Below are positions 50,976 through 59,879 of a DNA stretch of 64,000 nt, in pieces (position 1 is the first letter of the stretch; every line of letters begins with the position of its first letter). The notes below the pieces were generated by a model. That model was given only the letters and a program-made list of their open reading frames with translations. It was not told the origin of the DNA and made no database searches. The translations under genes and the position numbers were made by a program. Source of the DNA: Bacteroidales bacterium UBA5219 (GTDB taxonomy: Bacteria > Bacteroidota > Bacteroidia > Bacteroidales > ML635J-15); NCBI GenBank assembly GCA_002412425.1, contig DHVB01000077.1:22948-86947 (forward strand), read 5' to 3'.

Positions 50976-51060
50976 AAAAAGATAATTAAAATAAACTAAA
51001 AAAGAAAGGAGACCATACTATAGATTAGACTTCTACCCTTAAACATTAAAACTAAATATT

Positions 51061-51648
51061 ATGAAGCTTAAAAATTTTTCCGACCAGGAATTAATCGAAA
51101 GATTCATTAAGGGTGATAAAGAATGTATGGAAACTCTAATACACCGTCACAAGAAAAATATTTATTCTTACATTCTTATGAATGTGAAAAATTCTCACAT
51201 TGCTGACGATTTATTCCAAGAAACTTTTATTAAAGTTATAAGTTCTCTAAAACAAGGTAAATATGTTGATAAAGGTAAATTCTCTAGTTGGGTAATAAGA
51301 ATAGCCCACAACCTCACTATCGACCACTTTAGAAGAGAAAAAAGTTTAAACACTTTTTCAAATGACGACAGCACAGTAGATGTCTTTAATTCAGAGAAAT
51401 TTTCCCACGAAAACATTGAAGACCAAATTGTTGGAGAACAAATTGAAAATGATATTAGGTCTTTAATCGAATTTTTACCTGAAGAGCAAAAAGTAATTAT
51501 TATGCTTAGACATTATGGTGGAATGAGTTTTAAAGAAATTGCTGAACAAACCAATGTAAGCATAAACACAGCTTTAGGCAGAATGCGTTATGCGTTAATA
51601 AATTTGAGAAAGATTATAGAAGAAAAAAATATTGTTTTAACAAAATAA
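51061..51648 (+). CDS. ECF (RpoE-like) RNA polymerase sigma factor
   Basis: DDLFQETFIK, WVIRIAHNLTIDHFR, MSFKEIAE, SINTALGRMRYA. Confidence 0.92.
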   Translation: MKLKNFSDQELIERFIKGDKECMETLIHRHKKNIYSYILMNVKNSHIADDLFQETFIKVISSLKQGKYVDKGKFSSWVIRIAHNLTIDHFRREKSLNTFSNDDSTVDVFNSEKFSHENIEDQIVGEQIENDIRSLIEFLPEEQKVIIMLRHYGGMSFKEIAEQTNVSINTALGRMRYALINLRKIIEEKNIVLTK

Positions 51649-51728
51649 ATATTTTTAATCGAAATCAAAGTTATTTTCTTAATTTTGCTTTATAGCAATT
51701 TTAAGAATTAACTTTACAATAAAATGTT

Positions 51729-52160
51729 ATGGCAAATATTTTAAAATCATTTTTTATTTTAATTGTGTTTAGCTTGTGTATAAACACAAATCTTAAAGCT
51801 CAAGCAACAGCCGAAGATTTAATAGATGCTTTTTTCCAAATTTTTGAAGAAGATGCTGGAGCTGCTATCGACTATTTATTTGCAACAAATAATATGATAG
51901 ACCCAAATCAACCTGGAATAAAATCAATTAAAGAAAGATTAGAACTCTCTCGAAAATTATTGGGCGATTATCATGGATATGAAATTATTAATGTTTATCA
52001 AGCTGGAGAATCATATAGAAAATATAATTACTCTCTAAAATTTGAAAGACAACCAGTTAAATTTACTGTAGTTCTATACTGCCCAAAAAATAAATGGAAA
52101 GTTCAAAATGTTAACTTCCAAGATGATATAGATACAGAATTTAGTTTACGAGAAGACTAA
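51729..52160 (+). CDS. Secreted hypothetical protein
   Basis: Signal peptide, 143 aa, KFERQP..F...Y...W pattern. Confidence 0.7.
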   Translation: MANILKSFFILIVFSLCINTNLKAQATAEDLIDAFFQIFEEDAGAAIDYLFATNNMIDPNQPGIKSIKERLELSRKLLGDYHGYEIINVYQAGESYRKYNYSLKFERQPVKFTVVLYCPKNKWKVQNVNFQDDIDTEFSLRED

Positions 52161-52176
52161 AATTGCATTAATTCTT

Positions 52177-54132
52177 TTAAATCATCTTACCCCTATCAGT
52201 AATTAATAAAACAGATTCGTTATTGCTATCCTTAATAAATTTTATAAGTCCTTGATTTTCTAAAATATCTGAAATTAAACCTCTGAATTTTTTTGTACCT
52301 GTAATAACTTCTTTGTACTCAGGAATATAAATCCCATTTTCTTTAGTTTTCAGATGATTTAGCAGTTTGTGTTTAGCTTCAATAAAAATTTTTGAATGCA
52401 TGTATTCGCCATTAAAAACCACTAATATATTTTTAGAAACAAAATAATTCAGATACAGTTTGTATTTTTTTGTTGAGATATTTTTCGCACTTGCTTTTTC
52501 TTCAATATCCAACAATACAGGCTTTTCGTCCTTGTATGCTAAAAATTCAGACTCTAACCAATCTAATTCACTTTGAGTTTTCTGGTCAATATTTGCTTTA
52601 TGATTTTTTAATATCCAAGTATTTTCATAAAAATCAAGCAAGGAATTTTCTTTTAATCTTTCTAAAAGATTTTTGAGGTAATCTTTAACCAAATTAGACT
52701 TTCCAAGATTAAATTTACCTAAAATTTCCTCGCTTTGCATTCCTGTATCAAAAATGTAATTTACTGAATGATAATCTTTTAAATAAGCAATTATTTTATC
52801 TTCAAACATTTTATCAAAACGAGAATAAATCAAAATTTCGTTATTATAAACGCAAATATTTTGAGATAGATTAGATATTTCTGATAAAATTTCTTCTTTG
52901 CTCGACAAAGTTTTTTCAACAATCTCATCAATACCAAAAGGACGTGGTTCTTTTTCAATTATCCTTAAAATATTGCTTTCCAATTCATTGCCTTGAATTA
53001 GATTTGTTGCAATATTTCTAAGTTTTTGACTAAGCTCTAAGTTTCGCCTCTTATGATGAAGTGGTTGATTATCAATCACAAACCCACCGCCAAGACTAAT
53101 ATCATCTGAAGAATTTCTAAAAATAAATCTATCTTTTATTTCGCCAACAAAATCTTTTTCTAAATGAATTTGTGCTATAGCATCGTCTCCTGCAAAAAGT
53201 TTTTCCTTATCAATTAAGTGCATTTTCCCCATTGATTGATAAGTGCCAGAAATAAAAATTATATCAGTCCACAATTTTAATGTTGGGACTAAATCAAAAC
53301 TTGAAATATAAACATCAATCAATTTTGTGCTTACAATCTCATTTTTGCTAATTAGCATTCCTCTTGTAAAATCTTCTTGCTTTAAACCAATTAAATTTAT
53401 TGCTGCTCTATCGCCTTTTTGCACAATCTCAGTTGGCTTTCCGTATTTTTCCATAGCTCGCACTCTAAACTTTTTCGAGTTTGATGGAAGTAAAAATACC
53501 TCTTCTCCACTTTCTAATTTCCCGTCTAAAACAGAGCCTGTTACAACGCTTCCATGTCCTTTCACAACAAAAAGCCTGTCGATATACATTCTAAAATTAT
53601 CCTTAAACTCTGTTTCTTGGTAAGATTTTACAAAATTTTCTAATTCTAAAATTAAATTATCTTTACCCTCGCCTGTATGAGATGAGACACCAATAATTGG
53701 CGAATTTTCTAAAATGCTATTCTGCACAAAATCTTTAATTTCCGATTTTGCAATTTCAACAAGTTCTTCGTCAACTAAGTCAATTTTTGAAAGAACAATA
53801 ATTCCATGTTTTATTCCAAGTGCGTTTATAATATTCAGATGCTCAGAAGTTTGTGGCATAATACCTTCATCAGCTGCAATTACTAACAAAACCAAATTAA
53901 TACTGCTTGCTCCACTAATCATTGTATCAATAAGGTCTTTATGCCCTGGCACATCAATAATTCCTAAAACTTGACCCGAAGGCAAACCAACATGTGAAAA
54001 ACCAAGACTTATAGTAATACCTCTTTCTTTTTCTTGTTTGTGTGTGTCGCAATCAATTCCTGAAAGAAGTTGTATCAATGATGTTTTTCCGTGATCTATA
54101 TGTCCGGCAGTGCCAATAATTAAATGCTTCAT
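52177..54132 (-). CDS. selB: Selenocysteine-specific elongation factor SelB
   Basis: IIGTAGHIDHGKT, EKERGITI.LGF, DVPGH, IAADEGIMPQT.EHL, IDR and GDRAAINL pocket arginines; 651 aa with a C-terminal extension; ATGA overlap with selA. Confidence 0.92.
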   Translation of the reverse strand: MKHLIIGTAGHIDHGKTSLIQLLSGIDCDTHKQEKERGITISLGFSHVGLPSGQVLGIIDVPGHKDLIDTMISGASSINLVLLVIAADEGIMPQTSEHLNIINALGIKHGIIVLSKIDLVDEELVEIAKSEIKDFVQNSILENSPIIGVSSHTGEGKDNLILELENFVKSYQETEFKDNFRMYIDRLFVVKGHGSVVTGSVLDGKLESGEEVFLLPSNSKKFRVRAMEKYGKPTEIVQKGDRAAINLIGLKQEDFTRGMLISKNEIVSTKLIDVYISSFDLVPTLKLWTDIIFISGTYQSMGKMHLIDKEKLFAGDDAIAQIHLEKDFVGEIKDRFIFRNSSDDISLGGGFVIDNQPLHHKRRNLELSQKLRNIATNLIQGNELESNILRIIEKEPRPFGIDEIVEKTLSSKEEILSEISNLSQNICVYNNEILIYSRFDKMFEDKIIAYLKDYHSVNYIFDTGMQSEEILGKFNLGKSNLVKDYLKNLLERLKENSLLDFYENTWILKNHKANIDQKTQSELDWLESEFLAYKDEKPVLLDIEEKASAKNISTKKYKLYLNYFVSKNILVVFNGEYMHSKIFIEAKHKLLNHLKTKENGIYIPEYKEVITGTKKFRGLISDILENQGLIKFIKDSNNESVLLITDRGKMI

Positions 54133-55553
54133 TTTTGCTTTTTAGAAGTATTATTCATTGCTTGACAAAGTGCTTGAGATATTGTTGTTAACTCATTTTC
54201 GTTGCAAGTAATAATATCGAAAAGAAGTTCACCTTTACGTAAAATTCCAATTATGGGAATATGATTTTTCATTAGAGATTTATATACTATAGCAGAAATT
54301 GCAGAATTTTGCTTTTTATTTTTTTCATTAAATAAAATTTTAACTGCAAAACTTTCTGTTTCACTTTCGGGATTTGTTCCACCACCAATCATAGCTTTGT
54401 TTGGAATAATTTTAGATGAAATTTTATTTTCTTTTAAAGAGTTTTGCAAAAATTCTGCTTTACTTTTTAATTCTACTTGAGTTTGAGAAAGAGTTTTGAA
54501 AATAAAATTATGTTTATATAAATCTTTCTCATTAATATAAAGCTTACAGCTTGCTTCTAACAAGGCAATCGTAGTTTTATCAATTCGTAAAGCTCTCAAT
54601 AATTGATTTTTTTCTAATTTTTCAATAAAAGAAGTTTTTCCTAAAATTATTCCAGCTTGGGGACCGCCAAAAAGCTTGTCGCCACTAAAAATCACTAAGA
54701 CTACTCCTGCTTTTATAGATGATTTTACATCAATTTGATTTTTCAAAGCCTTAAAATCTGATTTTTCTAACAAGCCCGAACCGTTATCATAAATTACAGG
54801 CAAATTATATTTCTTTCCAAGTTTTGCTAATTCTGAAACTTCGACTTCTTCGGTAAATCCTTTTATTACAAAGTTAGATTGATGTGCTTTAAATATAATT
54901 GCTGTTTTTTCACTTATTGCATTTTCATAATCCGAAAGCTTGGTTTTGTTAGTAGTTCCAATCTCTACCATTTTACAGCCTGCTGCTTTCATAATTTCAG
55001 GAATACGAAAAGAACCGCCAATTTCAACTAACTCGCCACGAGAAACCAAAACTTCTTTTCGTTTTGCAAAAGTATTTAAACAAAGAAGAACCGCAGCGGC
55101 TGCGTTATTTACAACTAAAGCATCTTCGGCACCACTAAGTTTGCATAAAATATTTTTTAAATGAGTATTTCGTTTTCCTCTTTTAGCAGTTTCTAAATTA
55201 AATTCTAAATTATTGTAAGCACAAGCAATATCGCGAGCTTCTAAAAAAACTTTTTCGCTCAAAGGAACACGTCCAAGATTTGTATTTATGATTACTCCAC
55301 TTGCATTTACAACTTTAATTAAAGAATTTTTATTTGATTTTTCAATATCATCGCAAATACTCTGGATAATTTGATTTTCGGAAATTTCTTGAGATTGTGT
55401 TTTTAAAATTTTTCTATAATTTTCTAAAATTCGACGAATAGATTCTGTTACAGCCTGCCGACCGTATTCTTCAATTTTATCGGATAATGAATCAGAGTCC
55501 AAAAGTTTGGAAACTGCTGGTAACTGTTTATAGACAGCCGAATTTTTACTCAT
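54129..55553 (-). CDS. selA: L-seryl-tRNA(Sec) selenium transferase
   Basis: N-terminal LPAV..LL domain, VVNASGVIINTNLGR, NLEFNLE...RGKR, SRGELVEIGGSFRIPEIM, EIGTTNKT, FSGDKLFGGPQAG (PLP lysine). Confidence 0.95.
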   Translation of the reverse strand: MSKNSAVYKQLPAVSKLLDSDSLSDKIEEYGRQAVTESIRRILENYRKILKTQSQEISENQIIQSICDDIEKSNKNSLIKVVNASGVIINTNLGRVPLSEKVFLEARDIACAYNNLEFNLETAKRGKRNTHLKNILCKLSGAEDALVVNNAAAAVLLCLNTFAKRKEVLVSRGELVEIGGSFRIPEIMKAAGCKMVEIGTTNKTKLSDYENAISEKTAIIFKAHQSNFVIKGFTEEVEVSELAKLGKKYNLPVIYDNGSGLLEKSDFKALKNQIDVKSSIKAGVVLVIFSGDKLFGGPQAGIILGKTSFIEKLEKNQLLRALRIDKTTIALLEASCKLYINEKDLYKHNFIFKTLSQTQVELKSKAEFLQNSLKENKISSKIIPNKAMIGGGTNPESETESFAVKILFNEKNKKQNSAISAIVYKSLMKNHIPIIGILRKGELLFDIITCNENELTTISQALCQAMNNTSKKQK

Positions 55554-55710
55554 ATATTTCTAAATAAATTCATTAAAAATAATTTGATGTTAAAGATAAT
55601 GAATTTTATATTGTAATGCTTAGAAAAATTAAAAAACTTTAGTTGGTAGATTTTAAATTCTATAGAAACAGCATAAAGTCAAGCAATAAAGCAAGTATAA
55701 AAAAACTGAT

Positions 55711-55775
55711 GCTCGCTCGGATTTGCAATCCGAGTGTAACATTACCAAGCACTCGGATTACAAATCCGAGCGAGC
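55711..55775. repeat. REP/REPIN-like inverted doublet
   Basis: 26-bp arms GCTCGCTCGGATTTGCAATCCGAGTG (55711-36) and CACTCGGATTACAAATCCGAGCGAGC (55750-75), with one mismatch and a 13-nt spacer; each arm is itself a hairpin. Confidence 0.85.
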
Positions 55776-55802
55776 GGGAGGCTGCCGCCTACGGTTAATC
55801 AC

Positions 55803-55853
55803 ATGTTGTCCTGCGGACAAGCCTTTGATGGTCTTATGTTGTCCTACGGACAA
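55803..55853. repeat. Direct doublet of palindromic units
   Basis: ATGTTGTCCTGCGGACAA (55803-20) and ATGTTGTCCTACGGACAA (55836-53), each with an internal TTGTCC/GGACAA stem. Confidence 0.8.
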
Positions 55854-55933
55854 CAAACATCAGAGCGAGCAGAGTGAGCAAATCGAACTATGCGAAGCAA
55901 ATATACTACTTACAATTAGTGTGATGTTTTTAA

Positions 55934-55975
55934 AAACTCACTACTAAAAACTAAAAACTCAACACTAAATACTCT
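55934..55975. repeat. Degenerate heptamer tandem array
   Basis: AAACTCA CTACTAA AAACTAA AAACTCA ACACTAA ATACTCT. Confidence 0.7.
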
Positions 55976-55983
55976 TTAAACTT

Positions 55984-56379
55984 TTAACTAATTGATTTAG
56001 AGATTTTTTTAGCTAATTCTTCAAATTCTTGTTTAGAAAGTTTTACTCTTTGGTTAGAGAAGCTCAAATCTGATTCTTGATTTATAGGAACAAGATGAAT
56101 GTGAGTGTGAGGTACTTCTAAACCGACTACTACTAAGCCTATTCTTTTACATTCAACATTAGCTTCTATTCCTTTGGCAACTTTTTTAGCAAAAACTAAA
56201 ATCTTCGATAAAGTTTCATCAGAGTTGTCGAAAATATAGTCAATTTCTTTTTTAGGAATCACAAGTGCATGTCCTTTTTTTAATGGATTTATATCCAAAA
56301 AAGAAATAAAATTTTCATCTTCTGCTATTTTGTAGCAAGGTATTTCGCCATTTATAATTCTTGTGAAAATTGAAGCCAT
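55984..56379 (-). CDS. HIT family nucleotide hydrolase
   Basis: SIFTRIINGEIP, GHALVIPK, VPHTHIHLVP histidine triad. Confidence 0.93.
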   Translation of the reverse strand: MASIFTRIINGEIPCYKIAEDENFISFLDINPLKKGHALVIPKKEIDYIFDNSDETLSKILVFAKKVAKGIEANVECKRIGLVVVGLEVPHTHIHLVPINQESDLSFSNQRVKLSKQEFEELAKKISKSIS

Positions 56380-56390
56380 ATTATTTAATT

Positions 56391-56867
56391 TTATATTGAA
56401 ATGTTTAAAATCTCGAAAGTTACAATTCCATTTGGAACTTCAATTTCTACCACATCGCCAACTTTTCTACCTAAAAGACCTTTAGCAATAGGTGTGTTAA
56501 CAGAAATTTTCTTTTCCTTTAAATTAGCTTCTGTTTCGGCAACTATAGTATATTCCATAGTTGAGCCAGTTTTAACATTTTTCAGTTTAACTTTATTTAG
56601 TATTTGCACAGCATCTGTGCTAATTTGACTTGGGTCTAAAACTCTCGCATTTCTAACAATTTCCTGAAGTTTACTAATTTTCATCTCTAATAAACCTTGG
56701 GCTTCTTTAGCTGCGTCATATTCTGCATTTTCAGATAAATCGCCTTTATCGCGTGCTTCGGCAATTTGTCTTGAAATGTTCCCTCTTTCAACATTCACTA
56801 ATCGGTCTAACTCGTCTTTTAATTTGTTTAACCCTTCTTCGGTTAAATAAGAAATCTCTTCAGACAT
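56391..56867 (-). CDS. greA: Transcription elongation factor GreA
   Basis: ARDKGDLSENAEYDAAKE, ISVNTPIAKGLLG. Confidence 0.96.
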   Translation of the reverse strand: MSEEISYLTEEGLNKLKDELDRLVNVERGNISRQIAEARDKGDLSENAEYDAAKEAQGLLEMKISKLQEIVRNARVLDPSQISTDAVQILNKVKLKNVKTGSTMEYTIVAETEANLKEKKISVNTPIAKGLLGRKVGDVVEIEVPNGIVTFEILNISI

Positions 56868-56905
56868 ATTATTATTTGATTATTTTTTATTAATTAAAAC
56901 TCTAT

Positions 56906-56955
56906 AAAATAAAAGAAACCCCACGTTTTCGTGGGATTTCTATGGTGCAAAAGTA
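56906..56955 (-). promoter_or_regulatory. greA promoter box followed by a terminator-like leader hairpin
   Basis: On the minus strand: TACTTTTG (56955-48), then GAAATCCCACG-AAAA-CGTGGGGTTTC followed by TTTTATTTT. Confidence 0.6.
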
Positions 56956-57026
56956 TTAAATATATTTATACAAAACAAATATTCTTACAAATATTTATTA
57001 ACAAAATGCAATTTTCACAATTGTTA

Positions 57027-58544
57027 TTAGTGCTTAAAATGGCGAATTCCTGTAAACACCATAGCAATATTATTTTTATTGCAGAACTCAATAGTTTCAT
57101 CGTCTCTAATAGAACCACCGGGTTGAATAACTGCATTTATTCCTGCTTCATGAGCAATTTCTACAGAATCGCTAAAAGGGAAAAACGCATCTGAAGCCAT
57201 AACTGCTCCCTGTAGGTCGAAATCGAAACTTCTTGCTTTTGTAATTGCTTGCTTTAGAGCATCAACTCTCGAAGTTTGCCCTGTGCCGCTTGCTAATAAT
57301 TGCTGATTTTTCACAAGAACTATTGCATTAGATTTTGTATTTTTCACAACTTTATTCGCAAAAAGCAAATCTGCAATTTGAGCTTCGTTAGGACGTAAAT
57401 TTGTAATAAAGTTGAAATCATCTTCGGTTTCAATTTTAGCATCTCTTTCTTGCACTAACACACCATTTAAAACAGACCTATAAGTTTTTTCTTTTAATTC
57501 TCTGTATTTTTGAATTAAAATTATTCTATTTTTCTTTTGTTTTAAAATTTCTAAAGCAGTTTTTGTATAGTCAGGTGCGATAATAATTTCGAAAAATATT
57601 TTATTAATTTTTTCTGCTGTTAATTGGTCAACTATTTGATTTGTAATAATAATTCCACCGAAAGCAGAAACAGGGTCGGCTTCTAAAGCAGCGTCCCAAG
57701 CGTCGCTAAGCGTTGGTCGAGAAGCAATTCCACAAGCATTATTATGTTTTAATATAGCACATGTTGTTTCTTCAAATTCTGAAATTAAATTTACTGTTGC
57801 ATCAATATCTAAAATATTATTGTACGAAATTTCTTTTCCATGCAATTGCTCGAACATAGCTGATAAATCCCCAAAATATTTTGCTTTTTGATGTGGATTT
57901 TCGCCATATCTTAAAATTGTGCTTGATTTTTCAGAAACTTTAAATTCTGAATAACTATTATTATCAAACCAATTGAAAATTGCTGTATCGTAAGCTGAAC
58001 TAATTCCAAAAGATTCTAATGCAAATTTTTTACGATTTTCTAAACTTGTATAACAAGCATTTTCCTCTAAAAGGCTATACAGTTCTTGGTATTGAGAACG
58101 ATTTGAAACAACTAAAACATCATTAAAATTTTTGGCAGCTGCTCTAATTAAAGATATGCCACCAATATCAATTTTTTCAATTATTTCGGCTTCGTCTGTA
58201 CTATTTTTCACCGTTTCTTCAAATGGATACAAATCAACTATTACCAAATCAAAACTAGGAATTTCATAAGTTTCCACTTCATTTTGATGAGTTTCATTAT
58301 CGCGAATAAATAAAATTCCACCAAAAACTTTTGGGTGCAAGGTTTTTACTCTACCGTCAAAAATCGAAGGATAACCTGTAATATCTTCAACTTTTATTGC
58401 ATCTATACCTAAATTATTTATAAACTCCCAAGTTCCACCTGTAGAATAAATTTTAACATTGTGTTTTTCAAGAGTTCTAACAATAATCTCTAAACCATCT
58501 TTGTGATAAACCGAAATAAGAGCAGAATTGATTTTTTTTTCCAT
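57027..58544 (-). CDS. purH: Bifunctional AICAR transformylase / IMP cyclohydrolase
   Basis: ALISVYHK, GRVKTLHP, IDIGG, LRYGENPHQ, KHNNACG, ASDAFFPF, RHFKH. Confidence 0.97.
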   Translation of the reverse strand: MEKKINSALISVYHKDGLEIIVRTLEKHNVKIYSTGGTWEFINNLGIDAIKVEDITGYPSIFDGRVKTLHPKVFGGILFIRDNETHQNEVETYEIPSFDLVIVDLYPFEETVKNSTDEAEIIEKIDIGGISLIRAAAKNFNDVLVVSNRSQYQELYSLLEENACYTSLENRKKFALESFGISSAYDTAIFNWFDNNSYSEFKVSEKSSTILRYGENPHQKAKYFGDLSAMFEQLHGKEISYNNILDIDATVNLISEFEETTCAILKHNNACGIASRPTLSDAWDAALEADPVSAFGGIIITNQIVDQLTAEKINKIFFEIIIAPDYTKTALEILKQKKNRIILIQKYRELKEKTYRSVLNGVLVQERDAKIETEDDFNFITNLRPNEAQIADLLFANKVVKNTKSNAIVLVKNQQLLASGTGQTSRVDALKQAITKARSFDFDLQGAVMASDAFFPFSDSVEIAHEAGINAVIQPGGSIRDDETIEFCNKNNIAMVFTGIRHFKH

Positions 58545-58622
58545 CGTTTTTTAATTTAATCTGCCAAAACTAATTTTTTTAACACAAGATTTCAAGATAT
58601 TTTTCAATTTTTAATTAACAAG

Positions 58623-59807
58623 TTATGAAACCTCAATATAAATTCTGTAAGAAGTTTCAGGCAAAACATTATTTAGTGATAAATAGCCACTTAGGATTTT
58701 ATTATTTTCAATAATTAAAGGATTTTTTTGCTTTCTTGTTAAATTATCTTCATAAAAAAAGCCTTTTTGTGCATTGTGTTCAACAAACATTTTGCCTTTT
58801 TTGGTATTGTTTATGAATTTATCGAACAAAATTCTTGCAACATAACCCATAGTCAGTCGTAAATTTATTTCTACACAAGGATGAATTAATATTTCAGAAT
58901 TGTCGGAATACAAAAACATATCTACACCCAAAATTCCAGAATAATGCGGAGAAATTTCTTTTTGAATAAATTTTATAAGTAATTTTTGAATTTCTAAAAA
59001 ACTTTCTTCTAAAACTCCGAGACTGCAAAGCTTGTGTAAAATTTCCCTATCACTCATTAATTCACAATATTGAAATCTGCCTCTATCTGTTTCAAATAAT
59101 GAATATCCACAAAACTCAGCTTTATTTTCGGCACATAAAAATTCCATAGCAAAGTTCTGAACCACAGAATATTGCTTTTCGAGTATTACGCTTTTTTGTT
59201 TTTCTAAAATATTGCTTATCCAACCTAAATGACTATCGCTCAATTTATTTTTCACCCATTGCAAACCCTTACCACTACCCGACCACGGCGCTTTCACAAC
59301 AACTTTAAGATTTTCGCTCACAAAATTTTGAACGCCTAAAAGCTCGCAACACTCTGAAGCTGAAACATTTAAGACTTTATCAGAATTAATATTTTGAGAT
59401 ATAAAATTATGTGCTTTTATTGCTAAATTTCTGTGAGAAAGCTCTCGTATTTTTTCAAGTTTTTCAGAATTTGGGAATAAAGATTTATCTACTTTTAAAC
59501 CTTGCAATTGTTTATAAATTGTTTTATCCCAGCCCCAAACTTCAAGTTTTTGAACTTCAGAAAAATCTGAATTTAAACTTATAATATTTGCATTTACTAA
59601 TTGTGGGAATTTTAATTTTAATTCATTTAACCAATTTTCAGAACTTGAATAATCAAAAACAAAACACTTATCATTGCTAAACCAAATTGGGAAAACAGAT
59701 AAATCTTGAGCAAATTTTTTAGCGGATTGTGGTGGATTAAAATTTTCATCATCACAAGCTAATGCTAAATCGTGTTCTGGATTGAATATGCAAAGTTTAT
59801 TTTTCAT
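58623..59807 (-). CDS. Hypothetical protein with ATP-grasp-like C-terminal domain
   Basis: IFNPEHDLALA, WGWD, VVKAPWSGSGKG, FAMEF, GILGVDM, CVEINLRLTMG. Confidence 0.7.
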   Translation of the reverse strand: MKNKLCIFNPEHDLALACDDENFNPPQSAKKFAQDLSVFPIWFSNDKCFVFDYSSSENWLNELKLKFPQLVNANIISLNSDFSEVQKLEVWGWDKTIYKQLQGLKVDKSLFPNSEKLEKIRELSHRNLAIKAHNFISQNINSDKVLNVSASECCELLGVQNFVSENLKVVVKAPWSGSGKGLQWVKNKLSDSHLGWISNILEKQKSVILEKQYSVVQNFAMEFLCAENKAEFCGYSLFETDRGRFQYCELMSDREILHKLCSLGVLEESFLEIQKLLIKFIQKEISPHYSGILGVDMFLYSDNSEILIHPCVEINLRLTMGYVARILFDKFINNTKKGKMFVEHNAQKGFFYEDNLTRKQKNPLIIENNKILSGYLSLNNVLPETSYRIYIEVS

Positions 59808-59879
59808 AAAATATTTTCAAAAATAATAAATATTCATACTGCTTTTAGAAAATATTTTAAAAAGTTGAAAATAACGAAT

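Noticed and set aside
55803-55853. Mini CRISPR array
   Set aside because: Only two 18-nt repeats with a 15-nt spacer, and no cas genes in the window.
55700-55900. tRNA-Sec (selC) or tRNA-Cys gene next to selA
   Set aside because: Only an anticodon-arm-like hairpin is present. I could not find an acceptor stem, a T-arm (GTTCGA) or a TCA anticodon, and the perfect inverted doublet fits a REP-like repeat better.
55723-55947. 74-aa ORF from the track
   Set aside because: TTG start, and it simply reads through the repeat cluster; no protein-like features.
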